Notes: generated by a model from the sequence alone, not told the origin. Counted from the first letter of the whole stretch, positions 20,795-31,365 are shown. The stretch is 63,996 bases of DNA, filler included, from Candidatus Hydrogenedentota bacterium (GCA_040752395.1; 12 parts of 12 records of this genome joined end to end with filler, not necessarily neighbours in it), one strand, 5' to 3'. Made by a program: numbers and translations.

Positions 20795-21065
20795 AAAAGT
20801 CCATTGTTTTGGAAAAATCGGCATATTTTATGTTCGCACCATCAAGACAGCTTCAACAGGTCTCTTTTAAAACCTCATTTTTTAAAGACAGCTCTAAAGT
20901 CTAAAGAACGGGTTTTGTGACCCTTTTTACATTATATTGATTATATTGAAATCACAAAAATAAAAATTGAAAAAATTAGCCGTGTCGCACTAATTTAGAC
21001 AAGTCAGGACCCGGATGACAACCTTATAGTAGCAGCACTGATAGTTGCATTCTAAAAATTCTTTA

Positions 21066-21869
21066 TCATTCCAGTTCGTATCTTATGGCAATTTTAAAAC
21101 TTAGTTTGATGTGTTTAAGTATGTGCGGGACCGGATGAAATGGTGCAACGCGGGTCACAGTTTCGATGGCTGATTTGTCCAGCAGATCGTATCCTGAACT
21201 GGATTTTATTACTGTATTCTCTATGTATCCGTCCCTGATTGTAACCACAAGTTCCGTAACACCTTCCTCGTTATTCTCTCTTGCTTCCTTCGGATATCTT
21301 TTATTGTTCTCTATTCTCTGTTTGATGAATGCTAAATAGTTTTTTCCTGCATCTGTCTGCAATAACTGAGAAACATCCGGAACATCCAGCATTACATGCT
21401 GATTATCTATATTCACACCTCCTTTACACTGCTCAACATTTTTTGAAGTATGTGGTTCAGGCATTAAAGTCATAACGGATCTGGATACGTTGTGGTTGTA
21501 ATTCATTACTACAGTATGTTTTATGGTTTCATCAATTTTACATTGTTCTTTATTCACAACTATTTTTTCAACACGGTCAAATTGTTTGTACACTACTGTT
21601 TCTGGCTGGTTCTGTATAACTTGTCTCTTTGCATTATTAATAGAATAGATGTCTGCAGTTATTAATGTTGAAATGTTGTTAATGTTTGGAGAAAAAGGGA
21701 CAGGTTCGATATTTTCTATATTTATAAACAACTCGATATCTTTTCTTATCTCTGCTAAAGTTTTATCTATCTTAAACGGACATAGCAAAATCAGCAGATG
21801 AAACAGTAAAGAGAGTGATAACGTGATTTTCAATACATTATTTGGTTGAAGATGATGTTCTGTTAACAA
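21066..21869 (-). CDS. tonB: Energy transducer TonB
   Basis: N-terminal TM with SLLFH; C-terminal YPKEARENNEEG..SSGYDLLD. Confidence 0.85.
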   Translation of the reverse strand: MLTEHHLQPNNVLKITLSLSLLFHLLILLCPFKIDKTLAEIRKDIELFINIENIEPVPFSPNINNISTLITADIYSINNAKRQVIQNQPETVVYKQFDRVEKIVVNKEQCKIDETIKHTVVMNYNHNVSRSVMTLMPEPHTSKNVEQCKGGVNIDNQHVMLDVPDVSQLLQTDAGKNYLAFIKQRIENNKRYPKEARENNEEGVTELVVTIRDGYIENTVIKSSSGYDLLDKSAIETVTRVAPFHPVPHILKHIKLSFKIAIRYELE

Positions 21870-22710
21870 TTTCCTTTACCCTCTTGTTCTCTCCACCAAG
21901 ATTAACATATTTTCTGTAATAAAATAATGCTTTCTCCATATCGGATTTATGGAACTCGTAACAGACGCCGAGGTTGAAGTAGGATTCCCTGGAATCTGGT
22001 TTCAGTTCTATTGTCCTGTTAAATTCTTTGATGGCATTATCAAACTCATTTTTTCTGTAATATATTATTCCTAAACCATAATGAGCTTCGGCAATTTCTG
22101 AGTCATATTTAATTGCTGTTTCATATTCAGCCAGTGCCTCGGTGTCTTTTCCGGTTTTAAGATATATTTCAGCAAGATTATAATGAGCCAGGGCAAACTC
22201 AGATTCAACCGATACTGTCTGCCTGTACATTTTCATGGCTTCCGTATCATTCCCGGCATTTTCGTAAATAGCTCCTAAATTATAACAAGCGTCCGAATAA
22301 CCGGGATAAATCGATATAGCTTTTAACAACAGTTGTATTGCCTGTTCAGTATTACCGAGTTTGTTCTGCAATAAACCGTAAGAATGATATGCAAACGCAT
22401 AATTTGGGTTCAGTTCACAGGCTTTCTCGTAATGCTTTGATGCTTTGTTATATTGGTCAAGATATGTATAGACCATTCCAAGATAATAATGTGCTTCTGC
22501 ATAACAGGGATAAATGTTTATAGCTTTTAAAAACATCTCTTCTGCCTTTTCATATTGAGCTTTGTTAAGATGGGATATCCCATGATTAAAATACCGGGAT
22601 GATGGGTCTGCATATGCAGGAATAATAAATAAAAATAGGAATGTTAATAATGTTGATAATGTTAGAATGTTTGAGAATAATGTTGGAATGTTTGTAATGT
22701 TTTTTTTCAT
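21838..22710 (-). CDS. TPR repeat protein
   Basis: Several AHYNLG-type TPR repeats after an N-terminal signal/TM. Confidence 0.9.
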   Translation of the reverse strand: MKKNITNIPTLFSNILTLSTLLTFLFLFIIPAYADPSSRYFNHGISHLNKAQYEKAEEMFLKAINIYPCYAEAHYYLGMVYTYLDQYNKASKHYEKACELNPNYAFAYHSYGLLQNKLGNTEQAIQLLLKAISIYPGYSDACYNLGAIYENAGNDTEAMKMYRQTVSVESEFALAHYNLAEIYLKTGKDTEALAEYETAIKYDSEIAEAHYGLGIIYYRKNEFDNAIKEFNRTIELKPDSRESYFNLGVCYEFHKSDMEKALFYYRKYVNLGGENKRVKEIVNRTSSSTK

Positions 22711-22712
22711 TT

Positions 22713-23129
22713 TTAATTAGAACCTCCTTTTTTTGTTGATATGGTAATACCCGAAGCACCGGCTTTACGGGCTATATCCATAACACGTACCGCAAGGTCA
22801 AGCGGTATCTGGTTATCTGCTTTTATTGTTATGTGATTTATTTTTTTTATATCAATTTCATTGCTTAATATAGAAAAAAGGTTGTCTATCATAACCTTTT
22901 TATCACCAAGATAGACTTCTCCTTGCTGTGATATAAAAATTAATATTTCTTGAGTCCGTTCAATATTTGCAGTTTCAGCTTGGGGTAAAGTTATTTTTAT
23001 TCCCGGATAAATGATAAAATGTGCGGTCAGCATAAAAAATAAAAGCAGCAGGAATACAACATCAACAAGCGGTGTTATATTAAGATACAGAAACGTTTTT
23101 TTCTGTCTTAACAATAATTCCTGGTCCAA
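22713..23129 (-). CDS. exbD: Biopolymer transport protein ExbD/TolR
   Basis: LNITPLVDVVFLLLLFFM; KAD; VMDIARKAG. Confidence 0.9.
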   Translation of the reverse strand: MDQELLLRQKKTFLYLNITPLVDVVFLLLLFFMLTAHFIIYPGIKITLPQAETANIERTQEILIFISQQGEVYLGDKKVMIDNLFSILSNEIDIKKINHITIKADNQIPLDLAVRVMDIARKAGASGITISTKKGGSN

Positions 23130-23151
23130 AATTTTCCTCCGATCAGTTAAT

Positions 23152-23239
23152 TAGTCCACTGTCCACGCTCAACGGTCCACAGTATGCAGTTGATGATCCA
23201 CTTTCTTTCTGTGGACTATGGACTGTGGGCCATGGACTA
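23152..23239. repeat. TAGTCCA...TGGACTA heptamer hairpin between exbB and exbD
   Basis: 4 NNGTCCA-type units, spacer, 4 TGGACNN-type units. Confidence 0.85.
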
Positions 23240-23725
23240 TTAGTGTTCTATCTTCTCCCTCACGGTCTCTTTAATCAAAATAGCAATACCATCAGCTTTA
23301 CCTTCAAAATAATGATAAAATAACGATGTCGGTATAGCAACTGAGAGACCGGCTGCTGTGGTAAGTAATGCCTCCCAGATACCACCTGCAAGCACGCTCG
23401 CATCCACACCACCACCAAGATTCTGGATTACAATAAACGCTTTTATCATACCGAAAACCGTGCCAAGAAGACCAAGTAACGGCGTTACGTTGGCTATAAC
23501 AGCAAGACCACGTAGATTTTTTTCGAGCAAACGAACTTTTTGCGACCCTGTTTTTAGTATCTCTTTTTTATTCTCCAGATTCTGCAGATAATCAATAAAT
23601 TTCTGTAATCCTTTTGACTCTTTCCAGAAACAATAAGCTCTTTCCAGTATGATACCCACGGCTATAATGGAACATATAAAGATAGGTATCATCAGTATCC
23701 CGCCTTTAGATAAAAATTCTATCAT
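23240..23725 (-). CDS. exbB: ExbB/MotA/TolQ proton channel (short form)
   Basis: PLLGLLGTVFGMIKAF, GGIWEALLTTAAGLSVAIP. Confidence 0.9.
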   Translation of the reverse strand: MIEFLSKGGILMIPIFICSIIAVGIILERAYCFWKESKGLQKFIDYLQNLENKKEILKTGSQKVRLLEKNLRGLAVIANVTPLLGLLGTVFGMIKAFIVIQNLGGGVDASVLAGGIWEALLTTAAGLSVAIPTSLFYHYFEGKADGIAILIKETVREKIEH

Positions 23726-23726
23726 A

Positions 23727-25730
23727 TCACAACACCTCTCTTACGATTCCTGCTATATTTTCAGCCTTAAGATTCTCCAGCCGGTAATATGCCGCACACA
23801 TTACTTCAGAGAGTTGTTTAAGTTTTTCAAACCTCAAGAACCCATTTTCTGTATCAATCACAATCGATTTTATGCCTGAAGATTTTATCTGTTCTGCAAC
23901 TCGGATGGATTCGGAGAATGCATCAATATTCTGGCTCATACTTACGTTGGCTTTACCGTCGGATATAAGTACAAGCACAGGTTTTATGTTTTTGTCCCTG
24001 TTAAGTTCGTTCTGAATAACTTTGAATCCCTGCATCAATCCTTTGGATAACGGTGTCTTTCCTCCTGTGGGTAGTGATTCAAGAGTTTTTTTTGCCATCT
24101 CAACACTGGAGGTGGGATTAAGTACAACTTCTGCACTATCTCCTTTAAACGCAACAAGTCCCACTCTGTCTCTTTTTTGATAAGAATCTATAAGAAGCGA
24201 AAGTATCGCACCCTTTGTTTCAATCATACGCTGGTTTACTCCCATTGAACCGGATGAATCCAGTATGAAAACAATCGTGCTTCCTATTTTTCTGGCTCTA
24301 ACCTTGTTTTGTATATCCTGCTGCTTTATTATTAGTCCACTGTTCACGGTCGATGGTCCACGGTCTTGCTGCGGACTGTGGACTATGGACTGCCGACTAA
24401 TTTGATGCGGTGCTGCAGCACGTATGGTTGCATCTATGGCTATATCCTCAACTTTACCGTTTGCGTTCCTGCTCCTGGTATACCGTCCCTGTCTGGTATT
24501 AGAGGTAGTAGTGCTGCGTCTTCCTGTACCTGTTTTAGGTTCTTTATCTTTTACGAATGTAAAGGATTTCACTTTGAAAGTGTCGCCTGAAGGAAAATTT
24601 GTTTCAGTATTATTATTCGGGTTATGCTCTGGTTTATTTTGCTGGCTATTATGAGAATGATTATTATTTTTATTGTGATTAGTATTATTATGCTCGTGTT
24701 TATGTTTTTCTATTGATTTATCAATTTTATCAAGGTTTATTTGGGGTTCCTGAAATGGTTTGCGTCTCATCCGATGGTACATCACCAATTCAGCAGCTTC
24801 TTTCACGTCTTGTTCAGTAACATTTGTTCTGCCATGATACGCAGCTATTGTGCTTGCAACCTTGAGCATAGATATATCAGCTCTGTGTCCATCCACTCCC
24901 ATATCAACACAGATCGAAGCAATAAGTTTTACAGTCTCGTCTGAATATTCAACCTCAGGGAAAATATTAATCCCCTTGATAATAATCTCCTGCAATTTTT
25001 TCTCTTCCTCAGCCCATTTTCGTTCAAAACTATGTGGGTCTTTCTCATACTCTAAAGTTCTGCTCACAATCTGCATTCTCATTTCTATATCCTGAATACC
25101 CTCCACTTCTACGCACAGTCCGAACCGGTCCAGGAGTTGAGGCCGTAGTTCCCCCTCTTCCGGGTTCATAGTACCTACAAGAATAAATTTTGCAGGATGA
25201 GAATACGATACACCTTCTCTTTCGATAATGTTCACTCCCATAGCTGCAGAATCAAGCAGTATATCCACAAGATGGTCGTCAAGCAGATTGATCTCGTCAA
25301 CATAAAGTATGCCTCTATTCACCTGAGCGAGAATGCCAGGTTCAAACTTTTTCTCGCCAGTTTTGATTGCGGATTCTATATCCAGTGTACCGATTATCCT
25401 GTCTTCGGTAGCGCCGAGTGGTAGATCTACAACCTGCATTTTTCTTTTCAATACAGGTAGCTGTTCACTAGTACGTTTTCTCTCAGTGCAATTATGACAC
25501 ATCTGATCAAGTTTTACCGGGCTGCAATGGAATGGACAATCTGCTACAACTTCTATTTCTGGAAGAAGTGCTGCTAAAGCCCTTGCAGCGGTTGATTTAG
25601 CCGTACCTTTCTGGCCACGGATAAGTACTCCGCCTAAATGCGGATTGATAGCATTTAGAATCAGAGATTTTTTCATCTTTTCCTGACCAACGATAGCAGT
25701 AAACGGAAACACAGTTTTTCTACAACTCAT
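23727..25730 (-). CDS. ChlI/ChlD-fusion chelatase ATPase subunit (AAA+ and vWA)
   Basis: FPFTAIVGQ, GQKGTAKST, LYVDEINLL, MNPEEGELRPQLLDRFG, His/Asn-rich linker, DSSGSM; RBS supports the 25730 start. Confidence 0.9.
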   Translation of the reverse strand: MSCRKTVFPFTAIVGQEKMKKSLILNAINPHLGGVLIRGQKGTAKSTAARALAALLPEIEVVADCPFHCSPVKLDQMCHNCTERKRTSEQLPVLKRKMQVVDLPLGATEDRIIGTLDIESAIKTGEKKFEPGILAQVNRGILYVDEINLLDDHLVDILLDSAAMGVNIIEREGVSYSHPAKFILVGTMNPEEGELRPQLLDRFGLCVEVEGIQDIEMRMQIVSRTLEYEKDPHSFERKWAEEEKKLQEIIIKGINIFPEVEYSDETVKLIASICVDMGVDGHRADISMLKVASTIAAYHGRTNVTEQDVKEAAELVMYHRMRRKPFQEPQINLDKIDKSIEKHKHEHNNTNHNKNNNHSHNSQQNKPEHNPNNNTETNFPSGDTFKVKSFTFVKDKEPKTGTGRRSTTTSNTRQGRYTRSRNANGKVEDIAIDATIRAAAPHQISRQSIVHSPQQDRGPSTVNSGLIIKQQDIQNKVRARKIGSTIVFILDSSGSMGVNQRMIETKGAILSLLIDSYQKRDRVGLVAFKGDSAEVVLNPTSSVEMAKKTLESLPTGGKTPLSKGLMQGFKVIQNELNRDKNIKPVLVLISDGKANVSMSQNIDAFSESIRVAEQIKSSGIKSIVIDTENGFLRFEKLKQLSEVMCAAYYRLENLKAENIAGIVREVL

Positions 25731-25759
25731 AATAATTTCCTCCATTATTAATCCACAAT

Positions 25760-26239
25760 TAGTCCACGGTCGATGGTCCACAGTCCACAGAAAGAGTTCT
25801 GACCATAGTCTGTGGACCATTGAGTATCAACTATTTTATTGATTTTCTTAATGCCTGTAACATTTTGATAATTGTTTCTAACTCCGTATATAATTTTTGA
25901 AATTCATCTTGAGTCAGTAAATTTCTTCTTTTACCAATATATAAACAACTAACAACTTCAATTCCTGAACGAATTGCATATCCAATAAACTGTCTGAATT
26001 CTGCATTTGTTTGTCCTGTAGAAGCTTCTGCTATATTTAATGCTATTGAATCATCAGCTCTTTTAATCTGGCTTATTAAAATATATAATTCTTCTTTAGG
26101 AAATTTCCTGGTTAGTTCATGAATCTGATAACTAAATTCATTTGCTTTTTGCCATACTTCCAACTTTTCAAATTTAAACGCCATTTTTGCTTTCTCCTTT
26201 ACCATGGACTGTGGACTGTTGACTGTTGACTGTGGACTA
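25760..26239. mobile_element. Four-helix-bundle gene cassette bracketed by inverted GTCCA heptamer arrays
   Basis: Left arm TAGTCCACGGTCGATGGTCCACAGTCCACAG (25760-25790); right arm TGGACTG TGGACTG TTGACTG TTGACTG TGGACTA (26205-26239). Confidence 0.55.
25831..26184 (-). CDS. Four helix bundle protein (23S rRNA IVP / Avd-like family)
   Basis: FEKLEVWQKA..FPKEELYILISQIKRA..SIALNIAE..F.QF..YA..S..EV; AAGGAG RBS. Confidence 0.92.
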   Translation of the reverse strand: MAFKFEKLEVWQKANEFSYQIHELTRKFPKEELYILISQIKRADDSIALNIAEASTGQTNAEFRQFIGYAIRSGIEVVSCLYIGKRRNLLTQDEFQKLYTELETIIKMLQALRKSIK

Positions 26240-29200
26240 TTATATCAATACTTCCACCCTGATATTCTTGTGTAATATCTCCCATTTTTTCTTCCATCCA
26301 GCCCTCAATCTCAAGAAAAGTATGATTCAATCCTTTTAAAACGTCCGGGTCTGCGTTCCATAATCCTCGTTGTTCAGCTTCAAGGAACCGGCGTGCAAGT
26401 TCCTCAAGTGCCCAAGGATTATTCCTTTTAAAAAAATCACGCATCTCGTCATCAAGTACATATTTTTTTGTCAGTTCATCAAACACCCAGTCGTCAACAA
26501 CATCGGAGGTAGCATCCCAGTGGTAAACCATTACAGCTTTATGTGCCATGTCCTGTGCTCCTTTATATCCATGTTTTTTCATTCCATCAATCCATTGCGG
26601 GTTAAGTAATTTTACCCTGACAATCCGTTCTATCTCTTCTCTTAATTCACGGATTGTCGGATTAGCCGGGTCTTTTGTATCTCCCCAGAGCACTTTCGGG
26701 ATCTGGTTAGTGAGTGCTCGTACTGCTGAGGTCATCCCTCCCTGGAAATCGTTATAACAACATCTGAGGAGATCAGTTTCATCTGTTTCCATCTTATGGA
26801 ATACTGTGGTTATTTTTTTTAGATTATGTACAAATTCACTGTAGCACTCTTGTCCAAAAATATTCTCACCGTATGCAAAACCACCGTGTTCTATAAAGGT
26901 TTCGCCAAGATCATTTACTGTTTTCCATGCGCTTGCTGCAAGCATCAATTTTACACCGCAACCGTAAGCACCAGGTTTTGCTGCAAATATTCTGAAAGTT
27001 GCAGCACGAGTAATCGCCTCATCATTAATATATGATTTATTTTGTGTTACGGTTCTTTTATATTCGTTAACATTTTTGCGTATATAATTTTGTGTCTCGT
27101 CTTCGTCAAGATTGGCAATCATTACAACAGTATTATCAAGCAGTTCTATTAAATTTGGCAAAGTATCCCTGACTATCTCACTTGTTCTGACTATAACATC
27201 TATACGTGGCCTATTTAATTCCTGTAATGGGATAGCCTCAACCCCTGTTACTACTCCTCCTTCATTCCAGATAGGTCTTGCCCCCATGAGATACAGTATT
27301 TGTGCCAGTTGTTCACCGTCAGCACGATATGCATCTATACTCCATAATACCATCCCGATTTTTTCAGGGTATCTGTTCTCAATTGTCATAGATTTTTTCA
27401 GTATTTCGTCAGCTAATTTCATACCGATTTTATATGCTACTTTTGTCGGAATTTTTCGTGGATCAATACTGAAAATATTTCTGGCTGTAGGTAAAACATC
27501 GGTCTTACCGCGAGTTAATGTACCACCCGGACCAGGATCGATATATCGTTTATCCATCGCATCATTTACTCTGGGAATCTCTCGTTCTGTTTTCATCAGG
27601 TCTGGATAGAGGATATCTTTAATCCACATTAGAATAGAAAATAACCTGTTTATTTTTAATCTATTAAATTTTACTTTTTTAAATTGAGCGGAAATAAAAT
27701 CTTCATCTATGTAATTATTAGTTAATAAATTCTCTATGATAGTTAGTGCAATTCTTTCGCTTTCAGCAATCAACTCTGTGTTCTGTTTTTCAATAACTTC
27801 ATCATAGTTATGACCCAATATTTCAAGAATGCATCTCCTGATTGATGGCAGGTTTCCATCATATTTGAGGATTGATAGTATCATCTTTGTGGTTTTTTTT
27901 ATATCGTGTGTTTTACTCAATATATGCAAGCCATCGTTGATATTAGAATCTCTGAGGATAAATAATTTGTCATGCAACTTTTGAATTACTTCGTCTTCTT
28001 TCATCTTTTGAGCCGGATATTTTTCACAGGTAGGAAATAATCTAAATTTTATAGCAAGATTGCATATCTGTTCAAAAAGCAACTTTCTCCTTAATTCTTC
28101 ATTTAACATAGCAGCATTATTGTATTGCAAAAGCAGGTCGTCCAGTTCAGCAAGTTCGTCATATAATTCAGCGGACTGCATATAAGGGATAATATGGTCA
28201 GTTATAACAGCATAAGCCCTGCGTTTTGCAATAATTGCCTCATTGGGATTTTTGCATGTATAAATATAAATATGCGGAACATTCCCTGTGATTATTTCAG
28301 GGAAACAATCCGAACTCATTCCGCAGGATTTACCGGGTAGAAATTCAATGTAGCCGTGAGTTCCTGTTGAAATAATTATATCCGAGGTTTCCTGTATCCA
28401 TTTGAAGGTTGCATAACATTGATGAGTAGGTGGTATCACAGGGTTATGCAGTATTTTACAAACCTCGCCATCACAGCGTGCACCATAACAGCCACGTTTT
28501 GGCTCTGCCATTATTTTTATATTCCCAAAAGTTAATCCAGTAATCACGATTTTATTGTTATACACCATACTCTGTCCTGGGGGTTCACCCCAATTATCAA
28601 CCATTTTTTTTCTATTGGCTTCAGATAACTGGTTGAAATATTCAGCATATTTATCCTGATCAATAAAGGTTATAGCACCACCTTTATTAACTATTTCATC
28701 TATGGTTGTCCACCTGAACTCGCTGACTGCTTTTTTATTTATGAATTCATCCGACAGAGATTTCCCGTGTTCCGGTATATTTTCTATATTATAACCCTGG
28801 TCAGCCATATACTTCATTAATCTGACTACACTTTCAAATGTATCAAGTCCAACAGCTCCACCGAGAGAAGCCTCAACCCCAGCGCAGGGGTTATTGTGAA
28901 GTAAAATAGTAACTTTTCGCTGACTTTTTGGTAATTCCTTCAGCTTGAGCCAATTCTTTATACGCCTTACAAAAAATTCAAGCCGTTCTTTTATCGGTAT
29001 CTGTATTGAATCGTAATCTTCTTTATTGTCTGACTCTCTTGCAAATATAACTGTAGGTTCTATAGTACCATTAAATTCGGGTTGGGCTACCCAGTAAATC
29101 TGGTTTATTGGCGTAATTCCCTGTGCACTTTTTTCCCATTCTTCTTCTGTTCTACCAGTCGAACAAACCGCCTGGAAAACAGGTACATCTATAATATCAA

Positions 29201-29585
29201 GTACTGTCTTATTATTATCTGATTTTATATCTTTGAGATACAGGAAAGAAGAAACACAGTTGATTATGGCATCGGTATTTTTTAATAGTTTTAAATCCAC
29301 GTTATAGCCAGGACAATCCGTATCTGAATATGCCTTGTGTTGCGAAAATACAGGTACAGGAATTATATTATTTTTTTCAAGCTCCAAAATCAATGCATCA
29401 ATCCCGCGTAAATTTTTCCTTAATATCAGGGAATGAGAAAAAAAGATACCGACTTTATGAAGAGTTTTACCTGTAAAATCTATTGGTTTCTTTTTTCTAT
29501 ACCAGTTTAAATATTTGGTAATATTCTTAAAAATTATTTCACTTTCAGGATAATAAAATCCTGTGAATGGTATTTTCTGTTTCAT
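26199..29585 (-). CDS. cobN: Cobaltochelatase subunit CobN-like
   Basis: PEFNG, GTHGYIEFLPGK, LPTARN, RPRIDV, LLNPQWIDGMKKHGYKGA, NPWALEE. Confidence 0.9.
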   Translation of the reverse strand: MKQKIPFTGFYYPESEIIFKNITKYLNWYRKKKPIDFTGKTLHKVGIFFSHSLILRKNLRGIDALILELEKNNIIPVPVFSQHKAYSDTDCPGYNVDLKLLKNTDAIINCVSSFLYLKDIKSDNNKTVLDIIDVPVFQAVCSTGRTEEEWEKSAQGITPINQIYWVAQPEFNGTIEPTVIFARESDNKEDYDSIQIPIKERLEFFVRRIKNWLKLKELPKSQRKVTILLHNNPCAGVEASLGGAVGLDTFESVVRLMKYMADQGYNIENIPEHGKSLSDEFINKKAVSEFRWTTIDEIVNKGGAITFIDQDKYAEYFNQLSEANRKKMVDNWGEPPGQSMVYNNKIVITGLTFGNIKIMAEPKRGCYGARCDGEVCKILHNPVIPPTHQCYATFKWIQETSDIIISTGTHGYIEFLPGKSCGMSSDCFPEIITGNVPHIYIYTCKNPNEAIIAKRRAYAVITDHIIPYMQSAELYDELAELDDLLLQYNNAAMLNEELRRKLLFEQICNLAIKFRLFPTCEKYPAQKMKEDEVIQKLHDKLFILRDSNINDGLHILSKTHDIKKTTKMILSILKYDGNLPSIRRCILEILGHNYDEVIEKQNTELIAESERIALTIIENLLTNNYIDEDFISAQFKKVKFNRLKINRLFSILMWIKDILYPDLMKTEREIPRVNDAMDKRYIDPGPGGTLTRGKTDVLPTARNIFSIDPRKIPTKVAYKIGMKLADEILKKSMTIENRYPEKIGMVLWSIDAYRADGEQLAQILYLMGARPIWNEGGVVTGVEAIPLQELNRPRIDVIVRTSEIVRDTLPNLIELLDNTVVMIANLDEDETQNYIRKNVNEYKRTVTQNKSYINDEAITRAATFRIFAAKPGAYGCGVKLMLAASAWKTVNDLGETFIEHGGFAYGENIFGQECYSEFVHNLKKITTVFHKMETDETDLLRCCYNDFQGGMTSAVRALTNQIPKVLWGDTKDPANPTIRELREEIERIVRVKLLNPQWIDGMKKHGYKGAQDMAHKAVMVYHWDATSDVVDDWVFDELTKKYVLDDEMRDFFKRNNPWALEELARRFLEAEQRGLWNADPDVLKGLNHTFLEIEGWMEEKMGDITQEYQGGSIDIIVHSQQSTVHSPW

Positions 29586-29587
29586 AT

Positions 29588-30550
29588 CTACATTACTCCT
29601 CTTATCATCAGGATACATATTATAAATAATAACCTGGTACTAAGTCCAAGCATTGTAGAAGTGGTTACAATTTTAACGCCAAGAGAGAAGCCGAAGATCG
29701 AGGTATATTTTGCAAGACCGCCTCTTAAAACAAATATCGGTAGCATCAGGAAACTGCCGAGCAGACAAGCAAGCATAGCGTCTATCTCGACAATCTTGCC
29801 ATCATTAATCATAGTACCGATTGTTGTAGCACCAGCAATGGGACTAAAGATATAAGTGCCCACCGGGAGGGCTATTTCATCAGGTAGACCTAAAATATCA
29901 GTAACTGGTACAACGACTTTTTCAATGTAAGATATAACCCCGGAATTAATACAGCAGAAAATAACAAACGTTATACAAACATACATAGTAGCCAATTTTA
30001 AGAATATTTTTAACTGTTGAAAATATGACAATCTATGTATCTTATTCTTTTGTAAAAAATTGTTGTTATATTTTTGCGATTTATCTGCTCCTGTGTATCT
30101 CAACCTGGTCTTAATAACAATAAATATCAATATCATAATACTTGAAGATAAAAAACAAGTGAAATAGACCAGTCCAACTTTGAGACCTAATATGGGGATA
30201 ATAACCGGCATCTGATATGTGAAAGATTCTTTGATGTATACAGAGATAGAATTAAACAGAGCTCCAAGATAAGTCTGATATTCAGTCAGTATCCCTTTTT
30301 TATTCAGGTCAGAAAGCATAATATTACCGCTGAGTAACGACCCTATGGATATAACAAAAGTAAACGCAACTTCTCCTGGCAATCTTAACAATGGAACAAG
30401 AAATGAGCCTATTTTACCTATTCTATCGAGAATGCCTCTATCAATCAGGCCCCAGGTCGCTGATATAGAGATAAACATAATTAGCAAAGTTCTGGGTACA
30501 AAATCGAGCATATCAGCAATAGAAATGTTAATAACGTTTATAATGTTCAT
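29588..30550 (-). CDS. Nucleoside-recognition (Gate) domain membrane protein
   Basis: Two homologous hydrophobic halves with LLRLPGE / ILGLPDE motifs; start uncertain. Confidence 0.6.
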   Translation of the reverse strand: MNIINVINISIADMLDFVPRTLLIMFISISATWGLIDRGILDRIGKIGSFLVPLLRLPGEVAFTFVISIGSLLSGNIMLSDLNKKGILTEYQTYLGALFNSISVYIKESFTYQMPVIIPILGLKVGLVYFTCFLSSSIMILIFIVIKTRLRYTGADKSQKYNNNFLQKNKIHRLSYFQQLKIFLKLATMYVCITFVIFCCINSGVISYIEKVVVPVTDILGLPDEIALPVGTYIFSPIAGATTIGTMINDGKIVEIDAMLACLLGSFLMLPIFVLRGGLAKYTSIFGFSLGVKIVTTSTMLGLSTRLLFIICILMIRGVM

Positions 30551-31338
30551 AATGTTTTTACACATAGGGGGATGATATTTAAACATCCTGTTTTATCACG
30601 CAATATTTCAACATTGACCCCATATACATCGAATATATTCTGTTCATTAAAAACCTGCTCAGCCGTACCGCAGACAAAAATTCTGCCAGACTTTAAAATA
30701 ATAACTCTGTCACTGTATCTTGCAGCAAGATTTAAATCATGAGACACCATAACAATAATCAGTCCGTTATTCTTACAAAGTTTTACCAAAAGTTCCATAA
30801 GTTCTATTTGGTAGTTTATGTCAAGATGGAGTGTAGGTTCATCGAGCAAAAGAACAGACGGTTCCTGTGCCAGTGCCCGGGCTATGACCATACGCTGAAA
30901 CTCACCACCGCTTAATTCTGTAATAAGTCTTGTCTCAAGATGTCGGATATCACAGAGATCAAGCGAATGTCTCACGACCTCATAATCTTTTTTTGATTCA
31001 GATTCAAATGTACCCAAGTGCGGATACCTACCTATAAGAACAGTATCAAAAATAGTGAACGGGAACTGCGAGGATGAATTCTGCGGTACCACGCCAATTT
31101 TCCGGGCGATGGCTTTCTCGCCAATGATACTGATATCCTCTTTATCAAGATAAACCGCACCTGTGTAAGGTTTAAGAGTATTGTTGATGCATTTTAACAG
31201 TGTGGTTTTCCCTGAACCATTAGGTCCAACTATGGTAAAAAATTGTCCAGAGTCAACCTGAAAGGTTATGTTATCGAGAGCCTTGAAACTGTCATAATAA
31301 AATGTAATGTTGTTAATTTTTATAAACATAGTTATCAA
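30547..31338 (-). CDS. Cobalamin/Fe-siderophore ABC transporter ATPase
   Basis: GPNGSGKTT, LSGGEFQR, LLLDEPT, SHDLNLA. Confidence 0.92.
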   Translation of the reverse strand: MITMFIKINNITFYYDSFKALDNITFQVDSGQFFTIVGPNGSGKTTLLKCINNTLKPYTGAVYLDKEDISIIGEKAIARKIGVVPQNSSSQFPFTIFDTVLIGRYPHLGTFESESKKDYEVVRHSLDLCDIRHLETRLITELSGGEFQRMVIARALAQEPSVLLLDEPTLHLDINYQIELMELLVKLCKNNGLIIVMVSHDLNLAARYSDRVIILKSGRIFVCGTAEQVFNEQNIFDVYGVNVEILRDKTGCLNIIPLCVKTL

Positions 31339-31365
31339 AATTTGTAATGTTCATAATGTTTTTTT

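Noticed and set aside
25831-26184. Diversity-generating retroelement suggested by the Avd-like protein
   Set aside because: No reverse transcriptase and no TR/VR pair with adenine-specific mismatches in the window.
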